DNA of 64,000 bases. It comes from Leucoraja ocellata. Taxonomy: Eukaryota. The stretch spans positions 6,820,001 to 6,884,000 of the forward strand of contig JAWMAR010000030.1 of assembly GCA_036785375.1 (NCBI GenBank), written 5' to 3'. This document shows, piece after piece, positions 1-12,140 of the stretch. Below the pieces are notes generated by a model, which saw nothing but the letters and a program-made list of their open reading frames with translations, ran no database searches and was not told the origin of the DNA. The position numbers and the translations under genes were made by a program. Numbering within the stretch: position 1 is the first letter of the stretch; the number at the start of each line of letters is the position of its first letter.

Positions 1-106
1 GTTCCTTTACAAGTATTTGGTTCTTTTGAAGTTATTGTTGAATCTTCTTCACTACACACACAGAGCATTGTAGATCAACAATGAAGCTGGAATTATGGAA
101 AGGTAA

Positions 107-360
107 TTCAGCGTGCAATGCTGGTTACAAGATGGATGTGGCGGCTTTAGAAAAGGTGCAGAGGAGGTTTATCAGAATGATGCCTGGATTAGGAGCTATT
201 AACTACAGTGAGACGTTGGACAGACTTGGATTATTTCTCTGGAATGTCAGATGTTGCAGGGAGACCATTTTTCGATATGCAGGAAATGGAGAGATACGGG
301 TTATGTACAGGTAGATAAGAGATGGTCTTGGCATCATGTTTGCCACACAGACTTTGTTTG
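107..360 (+). mobile_element. CR1/HER1-type LINE ORF2 3' fragment
   Basis: Translation DVAALEKVQRRFIRMMPGL...YSETLDRLGLF is typical of the CR1 RT C-terminus. Confidence 0.85.
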
Positions 361-424
361 CTAAGTGTAATTTTTATAAAAGCATTAAAGTAATTTATCT
401 ATTACTAAGCATACAGGTTGGCCT

Positions 425-792
425 TTCCAATGCAGCTATGTGGCGTTGAGAGCGTGTTTCGTCATCAGAGGCACCCCTCCTCCCCCATCACATCCCCTCC
501 CCAGGGAACGAAGGCAGAAGAGGGCCAGGCTTTGAGAAAGACCACGGTTTGCGGGGACCCAGCCATAATGGAGGCGATGGCTGCAACAGGTCTTTGTGCC
601 CATCTGCAGCTAGGACTGTAAATTGGTGCTGAAATGGCGCCTCTAGCTTATGGACACGGTGGGCTGTTCTGTGCATTCCGTACTGACTGGGATGGTTGTA
701 CTTATGTACGTTATAGTCTTGCTGATCTGTACGCAAAAAAAATTATTTCACTGTACCAGGCAAACTTGACAGAGAAACCATTGACCATTGAC
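425..792 (+). mobile_element. Non-autonomous retroelement with Rex1/Babar-like 3' tail
   Basis: Ends ...atttcactgtaccaggcaaacttgacagagaaaccattgaccattgac (short tandem tail). Similar tails occur at 5810, 14440 and 16775. Confidence 0.5.
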
Positions 793-1532
793 GGTGCAAC
801 TAGTGGTACCCGTAATCTCTGGCAACACGCAAGGGTATGGAACATCTGGCACACAGGGCCCATCACAAATCAAACCAAAATCACGAGGAACAAGAGGAAT
901 ATTCACAGCAATTTAAACTGGAGTGTTAGTAACAGTGTGAAATAAAGAGACAACTTGTAAAATACCTCAGCGTGAATTAAATTAAATTAAATCACCGGTT
1001 GCCTGTTGGTCTCCATTTAAATTATTACTTCCTTACAGGGGAAAGCGCAAGACTACACAGCTGCTGAAAGTAGGATAAATGTATACGGAGGTGCCACTTG
1101 ATGAGGGTTATAACCTGAGATCCACCTGTGCCTTGAAGAGGTTGTAAAACATCATACTGCATTCTTGGAGAAGAGCAGACAAGATCTTCCCAAATCACTG
1201 GTCAAAATCTACCCCTCCACCCACAAGAGTGAGTATTTGACCATGATCAAATTGCTGGTAGAGGGATCTTGCAATGCAGAAATCCTATGAAATGATTTTG
1301 AAAACATCTCAAAGGTGTTTCGTTTTGATACTGAACTGTTTTGGGACATCCTGAGTTCAATAAAATGCTGTGGTAGCTCTATATAATCAATTGACGTAAG
1401 TATTGGATCCTGTTGTGGAAATGTTGAATTTGATTTGCAGAGGCAGATTGCTCTTCAGTTTAACAGAACATTTGAAGAATGCCATCTCCAACAACCGAAT
1501 TAATCCTCATTACTACTCCTCTGGCAGCGTAA

Positions 1533-1751
1533 AGGGCCTGTCCCACTTGGGCGTCATTTGCACGTCACACAGATGGCTGGCAAAGATTTTGTACATCTCA
1601 AACTCTTGGGGCGCAGCTCGCGACCGCGCGTCACTGCCTACGTCACCACGTACCATGCGCAAATCACGTGAGCGGCACGACACGTGCGTCGTGACGCGTA
1701 AATGATGTTGCGTAAATTACGCTCAAATGACGCCCAAGTGGGACAGGCCCT
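1533..1751. mobile_element. MITE (PIF/Harbinger-like, non-autonomous)
   Basis: TIR AGGGCCTGTCCCACTTGGGCGTCATTTG at the left and its reverse complement ending at 1751. Flanks are TAA / TCA. Confidence 0.85.
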
Positions 1752-2039
1752 TCACACTGTCTCATTACCGCCGCTCCTGCACTGTAGCACTCTTTCTCAT
1801 TACCATACCCCAATGTTGTAATGCTCCCTCATTGCTGCTTCTCCATCAGTGCAACACTCCTTCATTACTGCATCTCCTGTAATATGGTCTTCCCACACTA
1901 CTGCCTTTCCAGCAGGCTGGTTCCCCCACATAACTGCACTAGACAGAAATGGAGTACTCCCTCATTGCTGACCCTCCAGCACTGCAGTAATATGCCCTCA
2001 TTACTAGTCCAGTGGTACAACGCTCCCTAGTCACCATGA

Positions 2040-2318
2040 TGAGAGAAGGGACTGCAGATGCTGGAATCCACAGCAACAATACACGATATTTGCCAAATGT
2101 CACCATAGGAAGGTATCCTCTTTTTTTACTGGAAGAACACAGTAGGTCAAGCAGCATCTGTGGAGGCAGAAAACTGTGTGTCGATCATTCTAGACCCTGC
2201 ATCCAGACCCTGGATAAGGAAGCGATGCAGGGTCTCAACCTGAAACTTCAACATACATTTTGTGCCTCCAATATGCAGCTTGATCTGCTGAATTCTTCCA
2301 GCATTCTATGTTTTGCTT
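2040..2318. mobile_element. Inverted (head-to-head) pair of degenerate Penelope pLTR-derived repeats
   Basis: actgcagatgctggaatc...gcagcatctgtgga on the left, mirrored by gcagggtctcaacctgaaac...ctgctgaattcttccagcatt on the right. Confidence 0.6.
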
Positions 2319-3238
2319 TTACTGCTTCTCCAGCAGTGTGGTTCTCCCTCATTACTAACCCCCACTCATTGTGGCCTCTTCAAAAGTACAATGCTCCCTT
2401 AATATCACCTCTCCAGCTATACAACACTCATTGAGTATTGTAAAATTGTAAATTGTCCCTAGTGTGTGTAGGATGGCGTTATCCCGCGGGGGTCGCTGGT
2501 TGGCACGGACTCGGCGGGCCAAATGGCCAGTTTCCACACTATATCTTGAAACTAAATTAAGATCTATGCTTCCATCAACAGTTCGGGCACCACTAAATGG
2601 GCGAGGTCTGAACACAACTCACGTGGAAAGAATAGGAAAAACCGAGAGCTGCAGACATCGACAGAACAGTTGATGTTTCTTTAACTCTCCATCCCACTCC
2701 CTCTCGGTCGGGCTGTGATCTCCTGCCCTGTTCCAACAGGGTAAACTTGAGAAACGGCGCCTCAACCTCTGTTTAGTCACCTTGTTGCCTTTGTCACTAA
2801 ATGCGGTGAGGCTTCTCCAACGCCATCTTCAGGACCCACAAAACTGCCTCGCTTGTAATCACATTCTCCTGTCACTCTTGACTGACTAATTATGCAGTAC
2901 TTAATGAAAAGTTGCAGAGAGCACTATATAACTCCTTAATTATAGTGCCACCCCACCACTTCATTCATTTTCAATCTGTGGCTCAAATTCCCACTCCACC
3001 ACTGAACTACCAATCTGTGCCTGACTCGTAAAAAAAGAGTCTAGTTAAATTTCCCCGTCCTTAAGGCATCAGAGTGTCTGCATCTCAGGCTCCAGCTCAG
3101 CAGCTCGGACCCAAAGTTCCTACAGCCACAGGCAGATGTGATCTCTATGAAACATCATTTGCCCTGTTCTGTCCTTCTTAATTTTATAATATGTAAATTA
3201 CATTTTTTTTTTAATGTAAACTTGTATCATTGCTCTTA

Positions 3239-3502
3239 AGGGCCTGTCCCACTTACGCGACCTTTACAGGCGACTGCCGGCACCCGTGATAGGTCAACAA
3301 AATTCTCAACATGTTGAAAATTCAGCGGCGACCAGAAAGACGCTACGACTCTTTGGAGACATCTCACGACCAAAGGAGACCTCGTATGGTCGTGAGAGGT
3401 CGCCAGGGGTCGCCCGTATGGTCATGAGAGGTCTCCTATGGTCGTGAGAGATCTCCAAAGAGTGGTAGCGTCTTTCTGGTCACCGCTGAATTTTCAACAT
3501 GT
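3239..3502. mobile_element. Foldback MITE of the same TIR family, right end truncated
   Basis: TTA followed by AGGGCCTGTCCCACTT. A ~50-bp internal inverted repeat (3308-3359 vs 3452-3502). Abuts a SINE at 3503. Confidence 0.8.
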
Positions 3503-3703
3503 GCTGTCTATGTGGAGTTTGCACGTTCCCTGTGTGACTGTGTGGGTTTCCTCCGGGTGTTTCAGTTTCCTCCTGCACCCCAAATGTGTAGGGAGTGGAT
3601 GAGAATGTGGAGAAACAGAAAACTAGTATGAATGGTGATTATCAGCTTGGACTCGGTGAGGCAAAGGGCCTGTTTCCATGCTGTATCTCTGAACTAAACT
3701 AAC
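3503..3703 (+). mobile_element. HE1/V-SINE-type SINE fragment
   Basis: V-domain gtggagtttgcacgttc...gtgggtttcctccgggtg and tail aagggcctgtttccatgctgtatctctgaactaaactaa. Confidence 0.8.
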
Positions 3704-4713
3704 CTGATGCAAGCCTAACATTTATGCATTACCATGGAGTACTTACAAACATCACCCAAATGCTGTGCACATGTATTTCTAATTACTTAATTGCACTCCA
3801 AATCTTTATTCCTACATTAATAAAACATTTGGGAAAGTAGGCGTAATGGATCTCACTGCAACAAAAAGGGCCTGTTTTATTTACACACATTTAGATTTAT
3901 GTAATTCAAGCTGATAAATTGCTAAGAATGATGGATGATGCATCAAGCTAACTGTGTTATTATATCATCGGGTACCCTATCAATATTGTACTTTTCCAAA
4001 GTATATTTACTAACCCCGCAGTGATTGCGGTTCCTACTTTGTGGTAAATTACAACTAGGTCTCTGAAAGTTCAATCTCTATATCTATTGTGGATATAATG
4101 CACCGAGGAATTGCCAAATGTCATGGTCGATGCTTAATGGAGAATCAGGCCATTTCTGTAATGCCACCTGTGGGACTCCTGTTCAGACTCTCTCCCCCTG
4201 AAGACACTGATCATATTAGGCAAGAGCCATGCAAGACAAGATGTTACAGTCAATGGACAAATGCTCAAGTTCATAATGTGTCACATGTGCTTTAGAAGAT
4301 AAACGTATAAAAAAACGATCTGCAGGTAAACTGGTTCATTAAATAAAGGTACCAGCTCCCCATATCTATCTATCTTTCTCTCACCCTCTCTCTCACACAC
4401 ACACAAAAACACATAAACACATAAACACGCACAGATAGGCAAACAGACAAATACACAAAATTATGAAATGTTCCTGTTTCATTCCTAGTCTACAACATTT
4501 CATCTGATTCTCTGATTCCTGCAATATTACACTATCCGGTGATCAGATCACAGTTGGGGGGATAATGAACGATTCTCCCTCAGGAATATGGACATGCGGT
4601 TACTGTAAGCTTAATAATCCTTTACATCCAGCAGTGGACAAAAGCTACAGTGCTGCACTCCAGCAACGCATGATCACAATTATTGATTACTTACCCTGGG
4701 CTTTAACCAATAT

Positions 4714-5006
4714 GTTTAGTTCAGTTTAGATATACTGCACGGAAACAGGCCCTTCAGCCCACTGGGTCTGCACCGACCAGCGATCCCCGCACATTAACAC
4801 TACCCTACACACACTAGGGACAATTTACACTTATACCAAGCCAAGTAACCTACAAACCTGTACGCCTTAGGAGTGTGGGAGGAAACCGAAGATCTCAACA
4901 AAAACCCATCCAGTCACTGGGAGAATGCAAAAACTGTACAGACAGCACCCGTAGTCGGGATCGAACCCGGGTCGCTGGTACTGTGAGCACTACCGCTGTG
5001 CCACCC
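4714..5006 (-). mobile_element. HE1-type tRNA-derived SINE
   Basis: On minus: A-box-like ggtggcacagcgg, B-box ggttcgatccc, V-domain and ctaaactgaactaaac tail. Confidence 0.85.
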
Positions 5007-5670
5007 TTGTCTCATCAATACCTTGCCCGTGTCTTGCCTCATCTGTGAGATCTTGGTGAGCTTACAAATCTTTTTAGGCACCAATTTATCCACCTTTTAT
5101 AATAGAAACGGAACCCAGGAGTTTGTCTCTCCCTGACGTTTAACCCATATTTCCAGACCAGTTAATATTGGGGTTGTATGAGACTAGTAGCAGGTGCCTG
5201 TTGCTGTAACTATTCAATCAAGAATAAATACGGGTTTATACAGCATACAGAGCATGGAAAGATGTCTCCATGCAATTCATCCAGCTTCCATCGGGAAGAG
5301 CACAAGTCAATCTTGTTTTTTCCCTTTGGATGTCAATGGGTTTACAGGCAGCTGTCAAGTTCATTAAACATCTCCGATTGTTCGCAATGGATCAATACAG
5401 AGATGAATCTGAGTTACCCTGCTGGCTTCACCTCTGTCTAGGTGCTCTTTGAGATACCTGAAGAACATTGTTCACGGAAACTGCTGAGAGTAGCTTTTGT
5501 CTTGAGCATTGGATTTATTATGTACGAGCACTGCACCAACCAAGAGCTCGAAAGCGAAAAGTAAATAATTCCTGAAGTGGGCTTCACCTTGACTGCTGCA
5601 AATAAAAATTAATTTCTTACTTTGGAGTTGGGTCAGAACTTGTTCTAACCATTTTCCCTTAACTCTAAAG

Positions 5671-6715
5671 TACGGCACGATGGCGCAGTGATAGAGTTGT
5701 GACCTTACCGCGCCAGAGACCCAGGTTCGATCCTGGCTACGGGCACTTGTCTCTACAGAGTTTGTACGTTCTCCCAGTGACCTCCGTGGGTTTTCTCCGA
5801 GAATTTTGGTTCAAGGTTTCAAGGTCAGTTTATTGTGACATGTACCAATTAATGTGCAGTTAAATTCGAATTACCATATAGCCATACTTAAACAAAAGCA
5901 ACAAGACACACAACTACATAAAAGTTAACATAAGCAACCACCACAGTGGATTCCCCACATTCCTCACTGTGATGGAAGGCAATAAGGTCCAATCTCCTTC
6001 CTCTTTATTTTCCCACGGTCAGGGCAGCCAAACCATCCGCAGTCAGGGGCATCGAAGCCCCCGCAGCCGGGCAGTCAAAGCCCCCGTGTTGGGGCGATCA
6101 AAACTCCCACGTCGGGGCGGTCGAAACTCCTGCGGCTTGGAGTTCCCGATGTCAGTCTCTAACCAGAGACCGCGGGCTCCGCGATGTTAAAGTCCGCTGG
6201 CACCCACGGTTGGACCCCGATAGTCGACCCCCGACAGGGATCGCGAACTCCGTGATGCTAAGTCCACAGGCGCCCGCGATGGAGCTCCCTGTCGATCTCC
6301 AGCAAAAGCCGCCAACGCCACGATGTTAGGCCGCAGTGTGAACGGAGATATGATACGGAAAAAATGGCATCTACATCCAGGTAACCACATCCAGGTAAGA
6401 GATTAGAATAACTTTCCCCCAACAACCCCCCCCCCCCCCCCCCCAACCCCCACGTACACTAAAGAACACAAACAAAAATTAATACATACAAAACAGACAC
6501 AAAGAATGAAAGGACAGACAGATTGTTGGCGAGGCAGCCACTGCTTGCACCACCTGGTATTTCCTCCCACATCAAAGTTTGTAGGTTAATTAGCTTGGAA
6601 TAAATTGTCCCCTAGTGTTGGATAATGTTAACGTGCGTGGATCGTTGGTCGGTGCAGACCCGGTGGGCCGAAGGGCCTGTTTACGTGCAATATCTCTAAA
6701 TTAAGCTAAACTAGA
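5671..6715 (+). mobile_element. HE1-type SINE (5671-5809 + 6559-6715) split by a ~750-bp nested insertion
   Basis: The SINE head (tggcgcagtgat, ggttcgatcc) stops at 5809 and resumes in register at ttcctcccacatcaaag (6560). Confidence 0.8.
5810..6558 (-). mobile_element. CpG-rich non-autonomous retroelement with Rex1-like tail
   Basis: Minus-strand end ...ggtacatgtcacaataaactgaccttgaaaccttga. Homologous to 14095-14450 (+). Confidence 0.65.
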
Positions 6716-7059
6716 CTGCAGCCCAAGTGATCATTCAGAATTTCACATATCCTACACTCCAGGATCGGTACATAACATCATAACCAACAACAAATGAACA
6801 GTGGAACATGACAAGAAAGCCGATGAGCATTTAGAGTCTAGATCTAATGAGGACAAGAGACAGAAACGAGTTATCGGTCAGTTAATTTGCCAAGCAGGGA
6901 CACAGGGTGATGATGATCTGTGATCAAAATCCATGCGCGCACACTTTACTCCCCTCCTTCATACCTTTGATTTAACAGAAATGTCCGAATCTCAAATCTG
7001 AAATGTAAAGGTGATTCAGTATCAAAAGCCGTTTTTAGAACATGTTTCCAAATTTCTGT

Positions 7060-7550
7060 ATTTAGTTTTTAGTTTTAGAAGCATAGAAAAATAGAAAATA
7101 GGTGCAGGAGTAGGCCATTCGGCCCTTCGAGCCTGCACCGCCATTCAATATGATCATGGCTGATCATCCAACTCAGTATCCTGTTCCTGCCTTCTCTCCA
7201 TACCCCCTGACCCCTTTAGCCATAAGGGCCATATCTAACTCCCTCTTAAATATAGCCAATGAACTGGCCTCAACTACCTTCTGCGGCAGAGAATTCCAGC
7301 AGAAACGGGCCCTTCGGCCCACCGAGTCCACGCCGACCAGCGATCCCCACACATTAACACTATCCTACACACACTAGGGACAATTTGCATTTTTAAACCA
7401 AGCTTATTAATCTACAAACCTGCACGTCTTTGGAGTGTTAGGAGGAAACGGGGAGAATGCACAAACACCGTACAGACAGCACATGTAGTCAGGATCGAAC
7501 CCTGGTCGCTGGCTCTGTAAGGCAGCAACTCTACTACTGTGCCACTGTGC
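7060..7550 (-). mobile_element. HE1 SINE with a HER1/CR1 LINE 3'-tail fragment (7076-7297) inserted near its tail
   Basis: The LINE tail catagaaaataggtgcaggagtaggccattcggcc is joined to the SINE body agaaacgggcccttcggcccaccgag. Confidence 0.8.
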
Positions 7551-9164
7551 ATGTAGAAGGCCTTCCTCTTTTCGTTCCTGTAATCATCCCTTAATGTTTA
7601 GGCTGTACCTTCTAGTTCTAGACCCCCCATATAGAAGAGATAGTTTTGCTCCATTGATTTTACCAGAACAGAGAAGAATTAGGGAGGGTTGACCGAGGCA
7701 CATAATATTAGGAGAGGCGTAGAATAAGTGAACAGGAATGACCTATTCCCCTTGCCAGAGAGGACAAAGTTAGGAGACATCAACATAAAATGATTGGGAG
7801 AAGGATTAAAGGGGAGGTGATTAGAATTTCTTCATTGTGGGGATTCAGAATTTATAAGCCAAGAGGCAATAACTCTCGCTATATTTTAGAAATACTTTGT
7901 TGATAAAAACCAAAAAAGCCTCAAACCTAAAAGTCTTCGGATAGAAACCTGAGAAATAAAATTAATGGTGTATTTTCTGCTAACATGGACACTATGAATT
8001 GGTTTGGCCTCCTTGCCAGCAGTCAATTTTTATGAGTGTGTGTATATGTTTTTTTTATAGGTTGTTGATTTGATATTCTGTGTCAGTCCCTATTACTTCT
8101 TGCAGTTTTATTATCTGCTTCGATACCATCCACTGTTCTATGCATCTTTTCCAATCGCCTGGATCCATACTGGCTTTTTCTTCAAGATTGCTTTTACATG
8201 GGTATATGGGATTAGCTGCCAGAGGAGGTACTTTGGCAGGTCCTATACCAACATCCACACTTGGGCAGGTAGATGGATAGGAGAGGTTTGGAGGGATATG
8301 GACCAAATGCAGGCAAATGGGAGCAGCTTAGATGGAGCACATTGCACAGCATGGATGAGTAGGGCTGAAGGGCCTGTCTCTGTGCTGTATTATTCCAATT
8401 GTCCCTTTACCTCCTCAGTATTCCTAGCTAACTAGAGCCCCTACTCCTCTGCATCAGTCGAATCTATCACCATTTTACAGTGACTTTGCCCATTAGTAGG
8501 CTTGGCTAGTTTGCCTTGTTCAGTCTCTGACTCTGCCATTGTCTCCTCAGTCTGCCTTTGTGGGGTTTTTTGGGAGCCTAATGTCTGAGTGATATTAATA
8601 ATGGAAAATTGGAGATGAATGTGCTTTAATTTTAGACAAGCAGCAGACTTATGATGACCTCACATTGTTGACAGGAAATGAAAGCTATCGAACGTTCCCT
8701 CAGTTGCCTTTGCTTGCTGAATAATAACGATATCCATGTTTATTGGTGCCTTTTCCACAAGAGTGATGAACATTTCAGATATTCTTCAAAACTCAGTCGA
8801 GGCAGCACCTCAGACCTTAGATCACTGGAACCAAAATTCAGGTATTTCAAAATTCAGAAAATCGCCAAAAATATGCATGTGGAACGCATAATTAAATAAT
8901 AATTTTACACTCATAATTTTGATCACCTCTCATTATCATTAAAATTTACAGTGTTTATATAGTCTGAGTCAAGGTGAGTGTGGTGCTGCTGCAAGCAAGA
9001 TTTTTCATTGAAGGAAAACCTTACAGTGTTCATACACATGACAATATACTCAACTTGTCTTGACTAAATCTTGCCTTAATCATGTATTATCTTTCCGCTA
9101 ACTGGTTAGCATGCAACAAACGCTTATCGCTGTACCCCGGTACATGTGACACTAAACGAAAATC

Positions 9165-9478
9165 CACGGTGGCGCAGCGGTAGAGTTACTGCCTTACAGC
9201 ACCTACATTGCCAGAGATTCGGGTTTGATTCTGGCTACAGATGCTTGTTCATATGGAGTTTGTACATTCTCCACATGTCCGTGTGCGGGTTTTCTCCGAG
9301 AACTTCGATTTCCTCCCACGGTCAGAAGACATACAGGTTTGTACGTTAATTGGCTTTGGTATATTGTGTAGGATAGTGTTAATGCGCGGGGATCGTTGGT
9401 TGGTGCGGACTCGATGGGCTGAAGGGCCTGCTTTCGCACTGTATCTCCAAACTAAACTAAACTGAATAAACTAAACTG
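9165..9478 (+). mobile_element. Near full-length HE1-type SINE
   Basis: A-box tggcgcagcgg, B-box-like ggtttgattct, V-domain and (ctaaa)n tail. Confidence 0.88.
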
Positions 9479-10968
9479 ATATCTGATTCTCTTCGTAAAC
9501 TCAGTTTTGTCTTCTTCGCAACTTGCTTACCCACCTATCGTTGTATAGTCAGCCAATTGCTCAAGCCACAAACTAATTCACCCTCCCGACTGCCTTATCT
9601 TCACTACAGAGAGCCCATCCCTTTGAGGTCGAAGCCTGACTTGCAGCTGATCTGTCTCTGTCAATCTGTCCCTATCAGTTTACTCCATGGCTTCTGTGCT
9701 CCACTCTCACGTACATGACCTTGGGAGGCAAAATCTGCATTATCACCCTTATCTCTACACTGCACCATCTTCCGTGCTGTTTCCCAAGTCTCAGGACTAC
9801 CTGTCCGCAAGGAACATAAATTACGTTTAAACTTTGCTATCTGTCAGATTCACTTTTATCTTGTTGCAGTTCAATGGAACATGCAATCACCGATCTACAA
9901 TTTTAAGTTACATTTCACATCGCTCTGCACACCTGGATTTAGTTTTCTCTGTCCTCTTCCCTCACCCTCACCATCCATTTGATTGTCTGATCTTTATCCT
10001 GTTTGTTAGCTGTGTCCATGAATTGGCCCTGAGAAACAGGCACAAGCACAAAATGCTGGAGTAACTCAGTGGAAATAAGAAGTCGGAACAAGAGTATACC
10101 CTATGGCCATTCAAGAAGGTCTTAGCTCAGTTTGCTTGCATAGCCTTGTAAACGGTGATGTCTCGACGGTACAAAAACCCTTCCATCTCAGCCTAGGATG
10201 AGTGGCATGGTGATCCAGCAGTTAGTGCTGCTGTGTTAGAGTTTCAGGGACCCAGCTTTGACTGTGACCATGTGTTGCCTCTGTGAAGTTTGCATTTCTC
10301 ACTGTGTTCACATTGGTTTCCATTGTATGCTCCAGTTTCCTTCACATCCCAAAATATGTCTTGGTAAGTTAACTGGCACTGCAAATTACCCCTTAGCGAT
10401 CAAAAGAATCAAAGGGGATTCAGTAGGCATGTGTGAAAGAAAATAAGTTGCAGGGAAATAGAGAGGGGGAACGGACTGTTCCTCGTGAGCTAGTACATTA
10501 TTGATGGGCTGAACAGCCTCTTATGATATAAAAATAATGTACAAATATATTCAATGACCCTCCATCCACAGAGGTTTGATATTTAACTTGTTCTGTAGCT
10601 CTTTGGAAACATTCCTGTTTGCTGTTATAATTCCGTGATTTGATTGAGTGAATCAGCCCCTTCAGCCCACCACCTCACTGGCAACCTTTTTGCCCGTTTA
10701 CACTAATCTTGGTGACTGTCGGACCACAGGAGCTCAGGGAAAGAATGGTAAAGCCCACTAAAGTCATGACATTTGATTAGCCTATTTCACAGCCTATTTT
10801 AAAAATCTATTAAACAGCCATTGGTTTCTCTGTGTTTCTTCTATTGCACTGTATCTTTGTGCATCTAGTCCATGAAATTCTGCGCTCAAAGGACAGCAGC
10901 AAGTGCTGGAGGGCGATACTTTTTTGTAGATAAAAAGGTACCATATAAACAAACAAAATAATAATATT

Positions 10969-11381
10969 TAGAAACATAGAAAATAGGTGCAGGAGTAGGC
11001 CATTCGGCCCTTCGTTCCTGCACCGCCATTCAATATGATCATGGCTGATCATCCAACTCAGTATCCTGTACCTGCCTTCTCTCCATACCCCCTGATCCCT
11101 TTAGCCACAAGGGCCACATCTAACTCCCTCTTAAATATAGCCAATGAACTGGCCTCAACTACCTTCAGTGGCAGAGAGTTCCAGAGATTCACCACTCTCT
11201 GTGTGAAAAATGTTTTTCTCATCTCAGTCCTAAAAGACTTCCTTCCCCCTTATCCTTAAACTGTGACCCCTTGTTCTGGACTTCCCCAACATCGGGAACA
11301 ATCTTCCTGCACCTAGCCTGTCCAACCCCTTAAGAATTTTGTAAGTTTCTATAAGATCCCCCCACAATCTTCTAAATTCTA
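10969..11381 (-). mobile_element. Young HER1/CR1 LINE 3' end
   Basis: Translation EFRRLWGDLIETYKILKGLDRLGAGRLFPMLGKSRTRGHSLRIRG, plus the conserved 3' UTR and (tttctatg)n tail. Confidence 0.92.
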
Positions 11382-11766
11382 TTGAGTTCAGAGTTAAAAC
11401 AAGTTCTGGGTTAAACCAAAACCATTGACAATCTAGCACATGTAGGATGGTGACAGTGGGTCAGCAGATTGTCCAGACCATGTTGATGGCCCAACACGTT
11501 GTGAGTGCAGTTTTGCTAAATGTTATACAATACCATAATAAATGTACCCATTAGAGATAATCTGACAAACAGGACTCTGGTAGTCGATTAGGGGCTCAGG
11601 AACCAGGGCTCCGAAGAGGTTGTTGGGAGAACGGGAACTGGGAGCTTAGGGAGAACTGAGTTGGGGAATTGGGTCCGAGTGGGTGGAATGGGAGCACGGA
11701 GAATTGGACTCTAGTGGCTTGAATGAAGGAGCGGGAACCAAGACCCTTACACGTCCTGCTGACAAG

Positions 11767-12140
11767 AGGGGTGGCACAGTGTAGAGTTGCTGTCTTACAG
11801 CGCCAGAGACCCAGGTTTGATCGTGCTGTCTGTATGGAGTTTGTATGTTCTCCCTGTGACCGCGTGGGTTCTCTCCGGGTGCTTGCTGCGGTTTCCTCCC
11901 ACACTCCACTGATGTACAGGTTTGTAGGGTAATTGGCTTCGGTAAATTGTAAATTGTCCCTCGTGTGTAGGATAATGCTAGTGTACGAGGTGATCGATGG
12001 TCAGAGATCGATGGCATTTCGTTGTCTCTGTACTGTACACTGACAATGACAATTAAAATTGAATCTGAATCTGAATCTGAGTGGACTCGGTGTGCCGAAG
12101 GGACTGTTACCGTGTGGTATCTCTAAAGTCTAAAGTCAGA
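11767..12140 (+). mobile_element. HE1-type SINE with a nested short Rex1-like tail (12011-12080)
   Basis: The SINE body is interrupted by atggcatttcgttgtc...aattgaatctgaatctgaatctga and resumes at gtggactcggtgtgccgaaggg. Confidence 0.8.

Larger units (their letters stand above)
1490..2435. repeat. Degenerate ~33-bp minisatellite, interrupted by a MITE and a Penelope-derived repeat
   Basis: Repeating unit approximately ctccctcattactg..ctccagcactgcagtr, with at least 10 diverged copies at 1760-2030 and 2320-2435. Confidence 0.6.

Noticed and set aside
1760-2030. CRISPR-like periodicity
   Set aside because: Vertebrate DNA. The units are degenerate tandem repeats with no unique spacers and no cas genes.
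9165-9240. tRNA-like A/B boxes here and at other SINE heads
   Set aside because: These are the tRNA-derived heads of HE1-type SINEs and have no complete cloverleaf.
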